From assembly GCF_009834535.1 (NCBI RefSeq), contig NC_045697.1, forward strand, positions 26,228,001 to 26,292,000: a stretch of 64,000 nt of DNA. The letters are read 5' to 3'. The notes below the pieces were generated by a model. That model worked only from the letters and a program-made list of their open reading frames with translations, was not told the origin of the DNA and did no database searches. This DNA is from Camelus ferus. Taxonomy: Eukaryota. Both the position numbers and the translations under genes were made by a program. Of the stretch, positions 25,200 through 39,209 are shown piece by piece (the stretch's first letter is position 1; the number at the start of each line of letters is the position of its first letter).

Positions 25200-25830
25200 A
25201 AAATGAACTAAATAGTAGAATAGACACAGTTGTAATTGATGGATTGCACTGGAAAATACTATAGAAGGAAAAATATATAAAGATAGAAGTTTCAGGAAAT
25301 GGACGATCCAATAACTGAGTAATAAAAATTACAGAGAGACAGGAAAAAGAGAGAAAGAAATAGAAATTTTGGAGGAGTGGCAACATTTGAACAAAAAAGA
25401 TATAGCTTACAGTCTTCCAGGCCTATATATTAAGTCCTCACATTGTACTATATATAAAAACAAAACAAGCAAACTAAAACACACTGGGCACACTGTAGTT
25501 AAAGTTTAGAATTTTTTAAAAATTCTAAAAACAGGAAGCAACAAAATATTACACCTACAAAAGAATCAAGAATCAACTGAACATCAAACTTCTCATCAGA
25601 AACAATGAATGCAACAAAGACAATAGAGGAATACAATACAAATATTAAGATGAAAACAATGTTAGGCATAGAATAGCATACTTAGTCGAACTATCATGCA
25701 GAGTAAGGATTAAATACAGATGTTTATGGACATGAACAGACTCAAATAGTATCTACTCATAGACCATCTCTGAAAGCACAGCCAGAGCCTACAGGCCAGG
25801 AAGAATTTTAAAAGTCCAGAAAAAAATGAA
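25200..25830 (+). mobile_element. Ancient L1 ORF1-region fragment
   Basis: A-rich; agaatcaactgaacatcaaacttctcatcagaaacaatgaatgcaa typical of the old L1 ORF1 3' half. Confidence 0.6.
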
Positions 25831-26070
25831 ATAATGATTAGCACACAAATTTATAAAATTTATTTTAAATCTAAAAATATTGTGTAGTAAAATTATTTCT
25901 TTAAAACAGCAACCTGGAACTGAAATTCTAGTTTATATTAATGTGTAATTTGGGTGTAACAGTAAGCAGAGAAGAAAAGAGGGAAGTAAAATGTGTTAAT
26001 ATTTTATTTTGGATGGGGACAAATATAGGTAATCACTAGAGAAGGTTACTTTCTTTACTTTAAATAACAT

Positions 26071-26860
26071 TGTGTTAGACATTTGTTGGATTTCTTTGCC
26101 AATCACTTGACTTCCTTTGTCTTTCTATCTATGTTAATTTGTGAGTCACAAAGACCAGGTATTTGTTCTCTTCAGTCTCTGAAAATAGAACACAAGCATA
26201 TGTTCAAAGCAAGGCCAAGTGCACGCTGCTTCATTCAAATACTGAAAGGAAGAAAGTAATGCAGTATATCAGGAAAAGTCTAGAATTTATGTGTCATCAA
26301 TGTTGGAATCAAATGTCCACTGTGGTCATATCAGTGTCCAGCAAGTGTAGCAACAGTATTACAACCAAACTATTACTAGAACATAATTTTGGCCACAATT
26401 CCTTTCATGTACTCATTTTCCAGCCATTTATGCATTCATTCATTCATTCAATAAATTGTTTGAGTATCTACTTTGGGTTGAGCACTTTTCTAGGTGGGAG
26501 GGAAACAGCAATGAACAAAAAAAAGAAAGATCAGATTTTCATTAAGCCTAAGATATAATGAGTATGGAGAGAGAGAGACTGAGACAGAGATAGAGAGAGA
26601 CAGAGAAAGAAAATGAAATAGTCATAAAAAATGGTAGAAAGTGGAGCCATGGAAGGTGAGAGAGAGTGATAGGGGACTTTCTTACACGGAGTGACCAAGA
26701 AAGGCTTCTTTCAGACCTAAATTCCCTTGTTCCATTTTTAGTTTTTCCTCAGCTTTCCTATAGATTCTTTGAGCTACCAGATACCATTCCACTAAGACTT
26801 TTCTGCTTATGTTAGCCAGACTCAATGTCTATGGTTTCCATAAAGAGTCCTGACTGGTAC
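26071..26860 (+). mobile_element. LTR16-like ERVL LTR interrupted by an antisense L2 piece (~26420-26715)
   Basis: End cttttctgcttatgttagccagactc..gagtcctgactggtac; inner cattcattcattcaataaattgtttgagtatctact. Confidence 0.55.
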
Positions 26861-26861
26861 T

Positions 26862-27513
26862 ATCTGGAGTGAGCCAAATTGCAAGGACTGAGGGCACACT
26901 CTCCCACAAAAGTATCTTCACTTTTTAGCATTAACTGCAAGTTCAAGTTTCCCAAACTGCCTTCAGGTTTGATAATTCACAGGACTCATAGAATGCATCC
27001 AAAGCTATTACACTCATGGTTATAGTTTGTTACAGGGAAGGGATATGTTCAAATCAGCCAAAGAGACACATAGGTCAGAGTCTAGGAGAGTTACAGACGC
27101 AAAGCATCTGTTCACCTCAGGACACGTTACCCTACTAGTTTTGATGTGTGATGACATGATGGAATATTGCCAACCCTGGAGGTTCACTAGAGTCTTGGAG
27201 TCCAGAGTTTTTATTGGGGTTTCATTAAGCAGTCATGACTGATTGGATGATTTCCCATGTGGCTGAACTCAAACTCCAGTCTCCCCTTGCCTGGAGATTA
27301 GATTAGCATAGTATCATGTGGCCAGAGAGGCCCATCATGCATTACTTTGTTAGCAAAAAGTATTAGACTATCAGATGTGGTACCAGGGGTTTAATATGAA
27401 AAATAAAGATAATTCTATCACTCTGGAAATTCCAAGGGTGTAGAGGTTAATTCTAGGAACCAGGGACACAAGCCAGTCTTTTCTTTGGACAAGACCAAAT
27501 TCTTTACTACACA
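26862..27513 (-). mobile_element. MER21-type LTR
   Basis: aaagctattacactcatggttatagttt..gtccagagtttttattggggtttcatta..ggaaattccaaggg..aaattctttactacaca. Confidence 0.85.
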
Positions 27514-27727
27514 GGTACAAATGTATATGTATTTTAAAAATGAAAACAAGTATCATATTCTCATTTTGGTAAATTTAATAACAGATAAATATTCAAAGGA
27601 AGAAATGAAAATCATCATTTATTTCAATATACAGATATTAACCACTAGTTAAACTTTGATATATTTTCTTTCTCCCTTTTTTCCTAGGACTTTGAAGTCA
27701 GATTGTGCATGCAGTTTTGTATTCTGA

Positions 27728-28223
27728 TGTGGCAGCTACTTGAACAGACTTGCTCAGACTCCATTTCAACCTGTTTTCATTAGCAGTCGTTGGAAAGCTA
27801 AAACTACATTTCTGAAATGCCTTTGCAGTAAAGGGTTAGAATCAAGATATAGTCATGTGAAATTTAGGATTCAGAGATGAGATGGAGGCCATTTTCTGAA
27901 GCTACATTAGTGGAGATGTGATTCTGGAAATCATGAATATTTGGAGCACGGACTCTGTGCTCCGGGGCCTGGGCACCAGCTGCACAGATGGGAAGCTGTT
28001 GAGATGGCAGCAGTGATAGCTGCACTTAGGAGCAGTGGCTTTCTACTCTCTGCAGCAGATGTGCTGCGACCTTAAAACCAAAAGAATGATGGGAGTTCAT
28101 GGATACTGAACCAGTTATTGTTCAAAAATAATTGTGTAAGTGCCTAATTCCTGGTACTGACTCCTTTCCACACAATGTACCTGGAGTGATTTTTATTTCC
28201 AGTTTTGAAACATGAGTGAAAGC
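27728..28223 (+). mobile_element. LTR16-type ERVL LTR
   Basis: tgtggcagct..ggaaagctaaaactacatttctga..cctttgcag..aatgtacctggagtgattt. Confidence 0.65.
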
Positions 28224-28739
28224 ATTTTTTAAAGATTATATTATAAACGTTTTTTTTCCAATCACTAAAATATTCTTAAGAAAAATCACTTTAAATTTCA
28301 ACTTAAACATTTTTCTACATTGTTCAGCTCTTCAGGAATGAACTTGTAGAATCAATTTAGAAAATCAGATTTTTTCTTCTTAAACCATTCATTTCTCCTG
28401 GGATCTGGGTTACCAAGTTTATTTATTAAAAAGACTTGTATATATTTAAACTTTGTACATAGTGAATGAATACTTAGAAAATTTTTGAATTGTCTGGATT
28501 TTTCCTATAAAAATTCTGGAACCATGGAAACCATGGAAAAACCATGGAAACATGGTTGTTTCTTTCAATTTTCTAAGACATCATTCATCTGTGTTTGAAC
28601 AAGTAAAACCTGAGAAAGATGTGATGGATATTGCTAAAGTAATTGTACTTTTATAAACTACTTAAGTTTCTATAAGTTTTATTTTAGATATTTTCATGAG
28701 TTAATGAACATATTAGCCACAGTTCAAAACACATACAAA

Positions 28740-29990
28740 GTTCATAGCAGTAATGTCTTCTGGGATTTTACTTGTAATAAAATTTCTTTTCCTATATGAC
28801 CCTTTTGTTTGTTTCCTGTATACAGTATTCTCCTTTATCTCTCCCAGGAAAGTAAATACATGTGTTTAAAAAACCTGTTCTGATTATTCCATCAATTCTC
28901 TTTACCTAGAAACTGCTTCTGTTTGTTGAAACTGTTGTCTCCCTTTTGTAATGTTGGCTTTCCTTAATTTCTGGTGACCCTGATTTACACAGTGGTCATA
29001 ATCTTCTTTTAGACTGCTTCTTTGTTTGTGCTTTGGTTGATAAGCAGGCATTTTAGACAAGGTTTCCATCCTTAGAGCGAGCTTGGGAGATGACTGGAAT
29101 GTGCTCTAATTAGGATATTCCAATTTTGTGCTTCCTGTTGATCGAGAATGTCTTTTTCTCCCAGTCTAAGTTCTTATACCACCTGTACTGCGTGAAGGCA
29201 GCGAATACTGATTCTGCTGCTTGTGTGCTATGGAGAGGGGAAAGCACAGGGCTGCACTGCCTTTGTTTTCCCTTCTTAGCAGTCTGACCAATAGCCCTGT
29301 TGGTTACTTCTGGCGCACACTGACTCCCAGGTTCCACCACAAGCAAACCACTACTAATGGTCAGTGACGTCCCTCTACATTTGCAGACTTGTAATTATGA
29401 GGTTGTGCAGCCTACTGGCTTCACATCAGAAGATGTCTTTTCAATTTATCAATGCACATTTTGTTTTAAATAAATCACTATTGTATTTTTTTTTTGAACT
29501 CATAAAATCTGGGGTTTGGGGCATTAATCAATCTCTCTTACATTCTACAGATTTGTTGCTATTTCTTCAATGCTACAAGAGAAGATCTTCAATCCCGTTA
29601 TTTCCTTATTTGGTGATAAAAATGTTTACAGTTGCACTTTATTTTACTGCCAGGTATAATTTTGGTTTACTCCTATAGGTTCTGATATGTGGTGTTTTAA
29701 TTACCATAACTTTGACATTTTATTGTAATTTCTTTGAAATTTGCAGGAATTATTTAGGAAAGTGTTTAAATACTTAGTGGTTGGGTTTACTATTCTGCAT
29801 TTTTGTCAGTAATATTAAGTTTCATCATAGTAGGATCTAAAAATGTCATCAATGCTTTTCTAATTGAAGGATTTTTAAGACATGTTTTATGAGCAGTAGA
29901 AGTGTATAATCACCTCAAATATCATGTATAATACTAAAATTTATTAATAAACTAGCTATTATTATTCTTCAGTATCCTTTATCTTACATA
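28740..29990 (-). mobile_element. Highly degenerate old L1/HAL1 fragments
   Basis: T-rich antisense L1-like motifs (tggctttccttaatttctggtgaccctgat; taggttctgatatgtggtgtttt). Confidence 0.45.
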
Positions 29991-30004
29991 GTTAGGCCTG
30001 CAGT

Positions 30005-30592
30005 GGGGAGCCATCCCAGATCTGTAAGGGTCAAGAAGTTAACTTTCAAGATCTTGGGCTACTATACAGATCTTCACTTTATCCTCATATTTCTAGACTA
30101 TAATTTCCATATGAACAAGAATTGAATATAAAAGTGGACAATCTCACTTTCTTGAACTCTGCATTTTTACAGAGAATAGAATGCTTCCAATCATATTTAT
30201 ACTAGTATTTCAACTTTTCAATGTTTTGGGTTAAGTATGCCTGTTTTAGAATTTGACTGGAATCCACCACAGTACAAGGTTTCTGTCATTTCCAGCTTAT
30301 CATAAAAGCATTGAAAAGCTCCAATTGAGACATGATGAAAGAAAAAATGTATTGTCAATTCTTCAAATTTTAAATTAGCAGTAAATATTTTGGTCACGAG
30401 TGCCAATAAAAATATAAAACCATTTCCCCCTCCTTCCAAATCTGTTAACGAGAGTGAATTAGAACAAGAGAAATGGGAGGACAATTAAGAAAAAAGCAAA
30501 AATGTTTTGTTTACTTTTTAATAGAATTTTCAGGATGATAGAACTGTATTTTATTACTGGGTTTCTGTGATGTGTACCTAATCTGGCCTCAG
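30005..30592 (+). mobile_element. Possible hAT-Tip100 transposon remnant with decayed transposase C-terminus
   Basis: Right end ctaatctggcctc resembles a Tip100 TIR; frameshifted translation VQGFCHFQLIIKALKSS..DERKNVLSIL resembles the hAT dimerisation motif. Confidence 0.35.
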
Positions 30593-30789
30593 AGTATATA
30601 ATAGAAATATTTGTTTGAGCCAGTCTCAGAATGAGCCTTCACATTTCTCTTTATTTTTATGTTGGTCACACTTCCTTTTGCCCTGCCTTGTCTTGTACTA
30701 ATTCCCTACCCATTCCATTTCTCTTTCCCACTCTACCTGCATTCTCTCATAAGCAAATGTCTGGATCCTATCCCTATTTCCCTGAGAAT

Positions 30790-30920
30790 AAGTTTCATAC
30801 CCGTGTTATACCTATTTTAAAGATGACTAAACTGAGGCACAGGTAAGTACATTTCCAAAGGCCACACAACTGATAAGTGGCAGAGCCAGGTTCAGAAGTC
30901 AGGCTGTCAAGTTCAGACTG
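30790..30920 (-). mobile_element. MIR
   Basis: cctattttaaagatgactaaactgaggcacaggtaagt..ccaaaggccacacaact..gtggcagagccagg. Confidence 0.85.
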
Positions 30921-31689
30921 ACCTTGATCCTGATGACAAGACTTCCCTCAACACCCTGCCTGAGAGTCAGGGAACAGAGTGTCTCAGTCTTCAACTTCTT
31001 TTTGGCTCCACATTAAAGGTCATCATCCTGCATAATCGCTCAATGAAACCTAAACTTTGTAAGGGGCATGTGATTGCTCAGTGACAGGCTTAGGCTGGTG
31101 ATCTGCCACTAGGATCATATTTAGCCCTTAAATCTACTCTGTGAATTCAGTATTATTTTCTCATTAACAAACGAAGAAATGAAAGGGCACATAATTAATT
31201 TGCTTATTAGCATCATATAATTTATAACTGTTGGATCTTGGATTCACATATATCTACGGCTGACCCCAAAGTGTTTGCTTTATACTTCTACTCTACATAA
31301 ATATGTTTTCTTTTGAAGTCAAAAACCATCCACATATACCAATTTCTTCTCCCATCTCATTAGCATGAAAGACAATTTCCTGTCTTTCTGCTTGCAAGTT
31401 TTCTTTCTTGACTGATTCACTGCAAAGACTTTAGTCATTCATTCTAACTTTATGCTTAGTGTACTTTTCCCTCCTTATAAGGCTAACACTTCTGACTATG
31501 TTTTCTGTGTTTTGCATACAGTTATTAAGTCATCAAGTAGTTGCTTGAGAATATGATAGTCTGGACTGAGCACTGATGATGCACGTGACCAAGAGAGATG
31601 TGGCCCCTGCCCTCACAGAGCTCACAGTGGGAATATAAGCCAATAGGCAGATTCAGCTCCAGTTCCAAATAATTCCTGTAACAACAGTG

Positions 31690-33028
31690 CCATCAATTTT
31701 CCCTTCCTTTATTTCTTGCGTCTTCAATGTATATTTTCATTGCCTCTATTTTCTGTGAACTCTTTACTGTAGCTCACAAATATGTCCAGGTCTCCCTCTC
31801 CTATAACAACAAACAAACATCCACAAAATTCCTCTTCAATTCTGCTACAGTGCTGAGCTCTCATCCTCTCTTTCTCTTTTCATCACCAGATAGTCTCACA
31901 AATAAACAAATGACCTTAAATCAACTTTTTTAAATCATCCATTCACTCTTGAATCCTCTGAAGATTTAGCTTCTATCACAACTACTATATTGATGTTTCA
32001 GGCTGATTCTGCATTTCTGGACAGCTCTTGGTAACAGTTTCCTTTTTATGTGCATATATGTAATACGTGTTTCCATTGTATACAAACTGCAGAAAAAAGC
32101 TTATGTCTCCCAAGAATCAACTATCAGGTCATGAGAAGCCCATCACTGCTCATTCATTTGTATCTTTTTCTATTAAAACTCTAGAGTTCATTAAAATAGC
32201 ACATCAGGTACAATTTTCAACTCCACTCTACTATACATTATTACCTTTTTTAGCTTCTTTTCAATGTTTTTAGATCTTCAATTTTTATTCTCTGTGTGTA
32301 TTTACATGTATTGTGTGCTTTTCAGTCACATAGTCAGTTCCCAAGAGAAGAAGTGCTGGAAACTCCCTCTACCTGACCTTCTCTCACCCTCCAATGTAGT
32401 CCCAGGTCTTAGTTACATCCTGACTCCATCCCAGCAGCTGCTGGATTCAGGCAGGACAAGCAGCTTAGTGCTGGGCATAGATGAAAAGGAACTGAACCAT
32501 ACCAATCAGTTTATCATGTTTCCTGAGTCCCCTGCTTCAAGAAAGTTATAGTCTCTATTGTTCTCACCACGTTACATATAGACTTAAACTAGTATTTATT
32601 TGGTGCTAACTATATGTCCTAGAGCTACAGTTGTTGACATTATTTACCACCTACAGGTGCCTTTGGCTCCTCCCTCATTTCCCTTGTATAGTCACCAAGT
32701 CCTTTAGATTTAATGACCTAAACCCCCAATATTCATCTGCCAAACATCATCCAATGGATTATACCTTTGGCTATATCTACTTGTAGGATCACAATACTTT
32801 CTCAATTATTTCTAATCTATGCTTCAGCCAAATTCTTATACTATGTTGACAGGTTAGTTTTCCTGGTTCCTGATAGCCTTACTTATGCCATTTCTATTAT
32901 TAAAAGTTGTCATTGACTCTCCATTATCTGTGGGGTAGAGTCCAAAATTTCTCCCTGGTTGGTAAGTTTCTTCATGACCTGACCACTCTCCACAGTCTGG
33001 CTTCCCTTGCACCTGTCCTGTTTTACAC
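31690..33028 (+). mobile_element. Fragmented L2
   Basis: atccattcactcttgaatcctctg..; tagtcaccaagtcctttagattt..; gactctccattatctgtggggtagagtccaaa. Confidence 0.5.
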
Positions 33029-33029
33029 C

Positions 33030-33583
33030 GGTAAGGGAGGAAATACAATTTTCCCTCTACCCTTTTGAGTTCCTGGTACAGACCTCCACAATAAAAGGCA
33101 AATTAACATGATGAAAACAAACAGCAGTTTATTACATGCACACCTCACTTACATGAGATACCAGGGGAAAATGAGTAACTCAAAGAGGAGGCTTAGAATT
33201 TAGGCTTAAATACCATCTTAATGGGGAAGGGGGAGGGGGACGTAAGCCTCATAGAGGAGAGTAAGTAACTTTTAGGAAAGATGAATGAGCCCTTAGAAAA
33301 ACAGATGAGAGATACGATAGTTTATGACAAAGGTTGTCTGGGTGTGGTGTCAAATTCTAGCGTCTTCACCTGGGGTAAGAGTTCATCTCCCCTGGCTGAT
33401 GATACTCCCAGGGAAGGAATCTATGACAATTGAGATCCTTTTGGAGGATCTGTCTTTAGGCAGATAAGGAGAGTTAAGAGAAAACTTCTCCTTGCCTTTG
33501 ATGTATTCCAAATGCCTACAGCTCAAAATAATCAAACACGTTGAAGTGGCATATTTGGGGGTGGTAGATTCTGCCAGCCTTCA
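33030..33583 (-). mobile_element. MER34-type ERV1 solo LTR
   Basis: taagggaggaaatacaattttccctctaccc..cagctcaaaataatc..gtggcatatttgggggtgg..ccttca. Confidence 0.85.
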
Positions 33584-36500
33584 CAGCAAACACAAGTACT
33601 TACTATTCAACAAGTAGATACTGCAGTTTCCTCTACTTTGCTGTTTTTTGTTCTGTTCCTTTTGATGTCACCCATACGTTTCCTTCAAGGCCCGGGTCTC
33701 AAATGTCACATTATCCAGGAAGGAGGGTCTGTCTTTCTACCCCTCACTTTAGCCAGCTATGACCACACCTGTCAATTTATCCTTATCTAGTTACTGCCTA
33801 CTACCAGCAAAATCACTTTTGTCTTAGTGTTGGTGGAAAACTGATTCATTACTTTCCTTCATAAAAAATAGTGTATATGCATGAAAATCATATATAATAA
33901 GAAAATCAAAATTACAGTCTAAGACCCAACTGTAAATTTCTGCCTTTTCTATGTCAGTTCTGCTCAAGGAAATTTGGATTTCCTAGATAACAAAAATTAT
34001 ACAGATTAAAAATAGCTCATTCAAATAAACAAAACCTAGGAAAATGGAATTAATTTTTTCTCTTTGTGCATTTGCTACATTAGACTGTCTTTATATATTT
34101 TTGATTGAGCAAATAAGTACGTATCTTTACTCAAAACTATGTGATGCACCTGTGGTCAAACATTCAACAGGATTCACCTCAGAAAAATACAGATAATTGG
34201 AGTATATTCTATTATATTTTATAAGCACCTTGTAAATAAATATAAAGTAGTCATACAGACTACAAATCACACCTTCACATTTAGTAACACAAAGGATAAT
34301 CACATATTGTTATGCTGAAAATGTCTTGAGGCAATTTAGAAGCAGAGTTTATTAACATAATGGATTTTCTTCATTTTGTATTAATTGGATTCCTTAGTTT
34401 TTGAATGCCTCTGCTTTTACCATTTCATACAATAGTCTGGTGAGGTAGGTGAGGTATTATTAAATACCTATTAAAAATGAGAAAATGCAAGTCTAAACTT
34501 ATCAAAATTCTCTTATGTCAGCATTAAAATGAACACAATGTCCCTGCTGTTAAGTGTCTTATTCAAACCACTTGACTAACAGTCTCAATTAGCATATATT
34601 CTCATAAATGGTAGCCATAGTGTGGTCATTTTTATGTCACTGTGTTTCTTCGGTGATAGGATCTGTTCAAAGACCAAAAAGAATATTGATTTCAAAGTTT
34701 CAGAGGTTTGAAAACTGAAAAGTTCTTTGAGTTAAAAAGTGAATTTAACAAGCAGTAAATATCTCAATTTTTAACTTTTAATTCAACTTCCAATCTTCAA
34801 ATCAGTTTTACATTAGCAAATATATTGTATTAATTTAAAGGATTTTAACAATATTTTTTAAACTTTTGAAAGATAATTTTTGCTTTATTTTAATGATTTT
34901 GTCTTTGAGTTGTTCTGAAACAGTAGACTAGGAGAAGGGTTAAAAAATGAGGTTCTCCTTTTGTTGTATCAGAAAGGGGATTCTATTACGAAATGTCAGA
35001 TTAACTTGCCTTAACAGTGACCATTTGTGTCTATCCTCAAACCATTTCTAGTATCATTGACGTAAGAATTAGAATTCTAGCTTTATTCCCAGTGTAAATG
35101 TTTTGACTTAATTTTTTAAGCAAATATTTTATATTTCATTTATAAAGGTTATATGAGAGTTTGTTAGGTATAGTAAGAAATAAAATAAAATTAGTTTTGC
35201 CTTAGTCCATACTCAATTTTCCAAAAGGAAATTTTCTCTGGTTTTCTAGAACCCTCTTAAAACCAAAATTCATTGATATTGATACTAGTTAAAACTGTCA
35301 TTAAGACCATACACAGTCTTTGGGTAGACAAATTTATGGGATTTTGTTCATGGATTCTTAAAAATAAATATTAGTTAACTGTAATCAAGATTTCTGGAAA
35401 TTGAGGATGGTTTTTAAGTCTGAATGGAATGATCTCTGAATACCAAATAGCATTCACGTATCCTCTATGCATTTGAATATGAGATATATGGTGTAGAAAA
35501 AAATCTTTGTGTTCCTGTATTGTTATAGAAGTCATTTTTATTAAAATTTTTTCTTAAAATTTGGGTTCTGTATTAAAAGCAAGCCCTAGAAAGTACTTTA
35601 CAACAATATAGACAGTGCAAACTCATAAGAGAATTACTAATTCTTGGAGCTATATATTTACATTTCAAGGGATGATGTCTAGGAGCTTGGAGACATCTCT
35701 GAGTTGCAAAGCTAAAATATTGGGATTATCTGGCCTTTTCAGAAATTTACTTATATTTCAAAATATTAAAATGAGAATTCAAGATCCTTTCCATATGTTC
35801 CCTGAGAAACAAAAGTTTTTCAACTTTTTTTTTTAGTAGAGAAGGGGAAATAGCCTCCTATCTCTTCTATACAAATATCCAGGTTTATTCTTTTCAACAC
35901 TTCTCTATGCATAGGACATTTAATTTTATTGCACCTCCACAGGAGTAAGAATTGTGAGGTGGGAAACCACATGATTATTATTTGCTTTAAAGTGAATAAC
36001 AATCATCTGTCCCTGACTGAAAAATTTTGTGCCTGCATTCAAGATAAAATTAAAAGATGACCACCTAAATGAGATATAATTTTAGATATACATTATATGC
36101 ATTTGCATATCAATTACAATCCATAAACAGACATTTCCTGTGGGAGAAACTCTGAGTAGAGGGGAGATCAGAGGGAAGGTATTAAATCTATTATTTTTTA
36201 CTATAATGTATATATCAACACTTGACCAATATTGCCTTCTTCTCTATGTTACCAGAGGATTTTCCACTATAATACTCATCAGATCCTGTATCTATATGAC
36301 ATAATGATATTTTGATATATTAATCAAATTTTTTTGCTCTGGTAATTTATTTTGACCCCATGGCCTTCCTTCATCAATCTGTGTCCTCAATGTCAAATAA
36401 GAATGGTGAGAAAAACCAATGAAAGAGTTAGTGAAAAAAAATGGGGAGGTGGTGGTTGAGGGGGTTGTTAAAAATTTTTGATACTTTTGAGTATCAGAAT

Positions 36501-39209
36501 CTAAGTCTGTAAGGATCTAAGACCAGAAAGCCCAAAACCGTAAACAACAGATCTGGGAGACTACTTAGGAGAGAATCACTTTTCCCATCAATTCTTCCCT
36601 TCATTTAAATAGACAGATTATTATCTCTGGGCTAAAACTGAGAATTGGTGGAGAAGCAAGACCTTAGAATATCCTCTGTCCTTGATAGGAGTCTCCTTCA
36701 ATGGGCTAGTTTTAGGGTAATAGAACTCCAGATAGGTTACAAACTTGACCACAGAGAAGGCTTGTAGTTCCCTCTCCTGGGTGGAACTGAGAAGTCAGCC
36801 AAACTCATAGTAGAATTGTTGTGGAAATGTCCTCAAGTACGGTGCCATGGTAGATTTAGAGCCTCCACCCATTCTTGAGCAGTCACAGGAACATGCTATA
36901 TACTAAGTGAGAATAAAGAGCATCTTGAACAAAGAGCCAAAGATGAAGTGGCCCTGAGGTAGGGTCAAGGAGGATGCATTAACAATCTGCCTCCACCAAC
37001 CACCAAGACTAGGTGGGACAGAGTGCATCACTGGGTGACAACGTGGAAAGATGACAAGCAAGGACCCATTACATGATACTGTGGCCCTAAGTATATCTCT
37101 CATCTTCTCACTGCTAACTTAAACACAATTCTAGGAAGAGACAAGGAAAACTAAAAAGGAGGTTAATCAAAATCAACCAAAATTAACAGCATTGGCCAAG
37201 ACTTCATTTCTGCCCCTAGTAAAATGAGGGCTCAATGTAGAAAGTAAATTGTATAACAGAAAATTGATAAAATCTATTATTGTTATTACTCTTCTTTTCA
37301 CCACAGTGAGCTTATGACATGAATATAAGACCACAACTTTCTTGTCTTTTCCTCCCTAGAATCTTATTCTTAAATAACTAAAAAAGACACTGGTGCAGGG
37401 AGACTGAGAATTGAGAAATTAGTTGTTATGGGAGGTAATACATGTTTATCAACAACATCTCTTCTCTGTCATAATATTCTACAAAACTTAAGTTTTGTTT
37501 TGTCTTCACATTGCTCAAAATATGTAGTGTTAACCTGACCCTTCGTCATGCAATTTCTGCTTAAAATTCTTAATGGCAATAACATCACAAGCTGCTCTCC
37601 AATGAAAACAATTTTTTTCTCTTCAGGAACTATTTCTAAAGTCAATATTGTTCAGTTCCCTTATTCACTGTGGTGAAAAGAAACTCAGAAATGTGAGTTT
37701 TCTGTAATTTTACCTTACTGTTTCAACTTATATTGGAATCCTGGGACATTCAAAAAGTTCCTTTTAACTACAACGTGTCAATGTTTTGGCCTCTTGCAAG
37801 AATAGATTTCTCTTGGGCCTTTTTAGGAAGTAGCAATGATTCTCCAAGTGAGATCAACTTGGATGCTGATTAAATGTGCGGTATATTGTGTGGGCACATG
37901 GAGAGAGGGGAGGTGCCTGCACATGCCCATAAAATAAGATACAGGCTACATGGCAACAGAATCCTTTGAAAAATGGGAGAAAATTAATGACTTTGAAACA
38001 CTGAGTCATTTCACACATATAATACAAATTTCCATATGCTGCATGGTAGTACTTGTTGAAATTTTGTTGAATACACTTCCCTCACAGTATTTCTCAATTG
38101 CCAGAAATTTACATCAGAACTAGGAGGGGAAATAGAGAAAAATAATTACTTTTCCCATGAAGTCAAATGCAGGGAACATTCTTTTGCTTTTGGAAGGAAT
38201 ATTAGCCATTTCTGGCTCATTATAGCTAATAAGTAGGAGTGTGAATATCAATTGATTGAAAATCAGTGAAGCAAAAATGGCGCATGTAAATCAGTACTAT
38301 TGAATCAGTCAAAGCTATTCACATCTCAACCAGCATCAAAGAACAGTGTTAGAAGTGGTCCAATGTGAAGAAGGACAAATTCAGAGTCCTCCTTTCTCAG
38401 GGCCAAATCATGATGAACAATTTTTATCCCCCTTAATGGAATTTTAGGGTCTGATTAGGGGACCAAGTCACAAAAGGGTCTTTGAGGTAGACATATGATG
38501 TACTGAGTACCTTACCTACAACAAAATCTAGGTCATCCATGCTATAAGAACTTACTCTTAGACTAATACAAAGGGTCCCTTATGTCATTAGGAATGGTTC
38601 TAGCAAAGAGTTATTTAATGGGCGATATTCTTTTGCACCTGATGAAGGAGAAGAAAATAATGAATGTTATTGTAAAGAGGTTTTTTTTAATGGGCATTTA
38701 GATTATTTTTTTAGATCTAATTATGCTGTTAGCCAGTGTAGACCAACATACTTTCCAGATTATCATACCTAACGAGTTTGATCATAATTCTTCTGAAACT
38801 TTTCCTGAACGATTCATTTGGTCCTTTAAACATAGCAGGCCTTTCCTGCACCATCTCAAGACCAGTTTAAACACCTATTCCAGGTATTTGCTGAGGTTCC
38901 ACCTTTGGTCCTCTCCACAAAATACTTCCTGCTGTTGGCGCTTTAAACACGTATCCCAGGAGATCAACAAAGAAAACTCTGAATTTTCTAATAAGTATGG
39001 ACATTTTCTTGTAGATCACTGGGTTTCAAATTGTGCTTTTTGGAGTCCTAACATTCTTTTTTTTTTTTAAATATATTTTTATTGATATTACCTGCTAAGA
39101 ATTCTGATTAAGTGAATAATATGGTCAGTTGTATTCTGGCTCAATTAAGTTTATTATCATTCACAAAATATTTATTGAGATTATAATGAGAGATATTTCA
39201 TTACAGACA

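Noticed and set aside
28518..28556. (GGAAACCAT)-like short tandem repeat
   Set aside because: An ordinary slippage minisatellite with about four units and no spacers.
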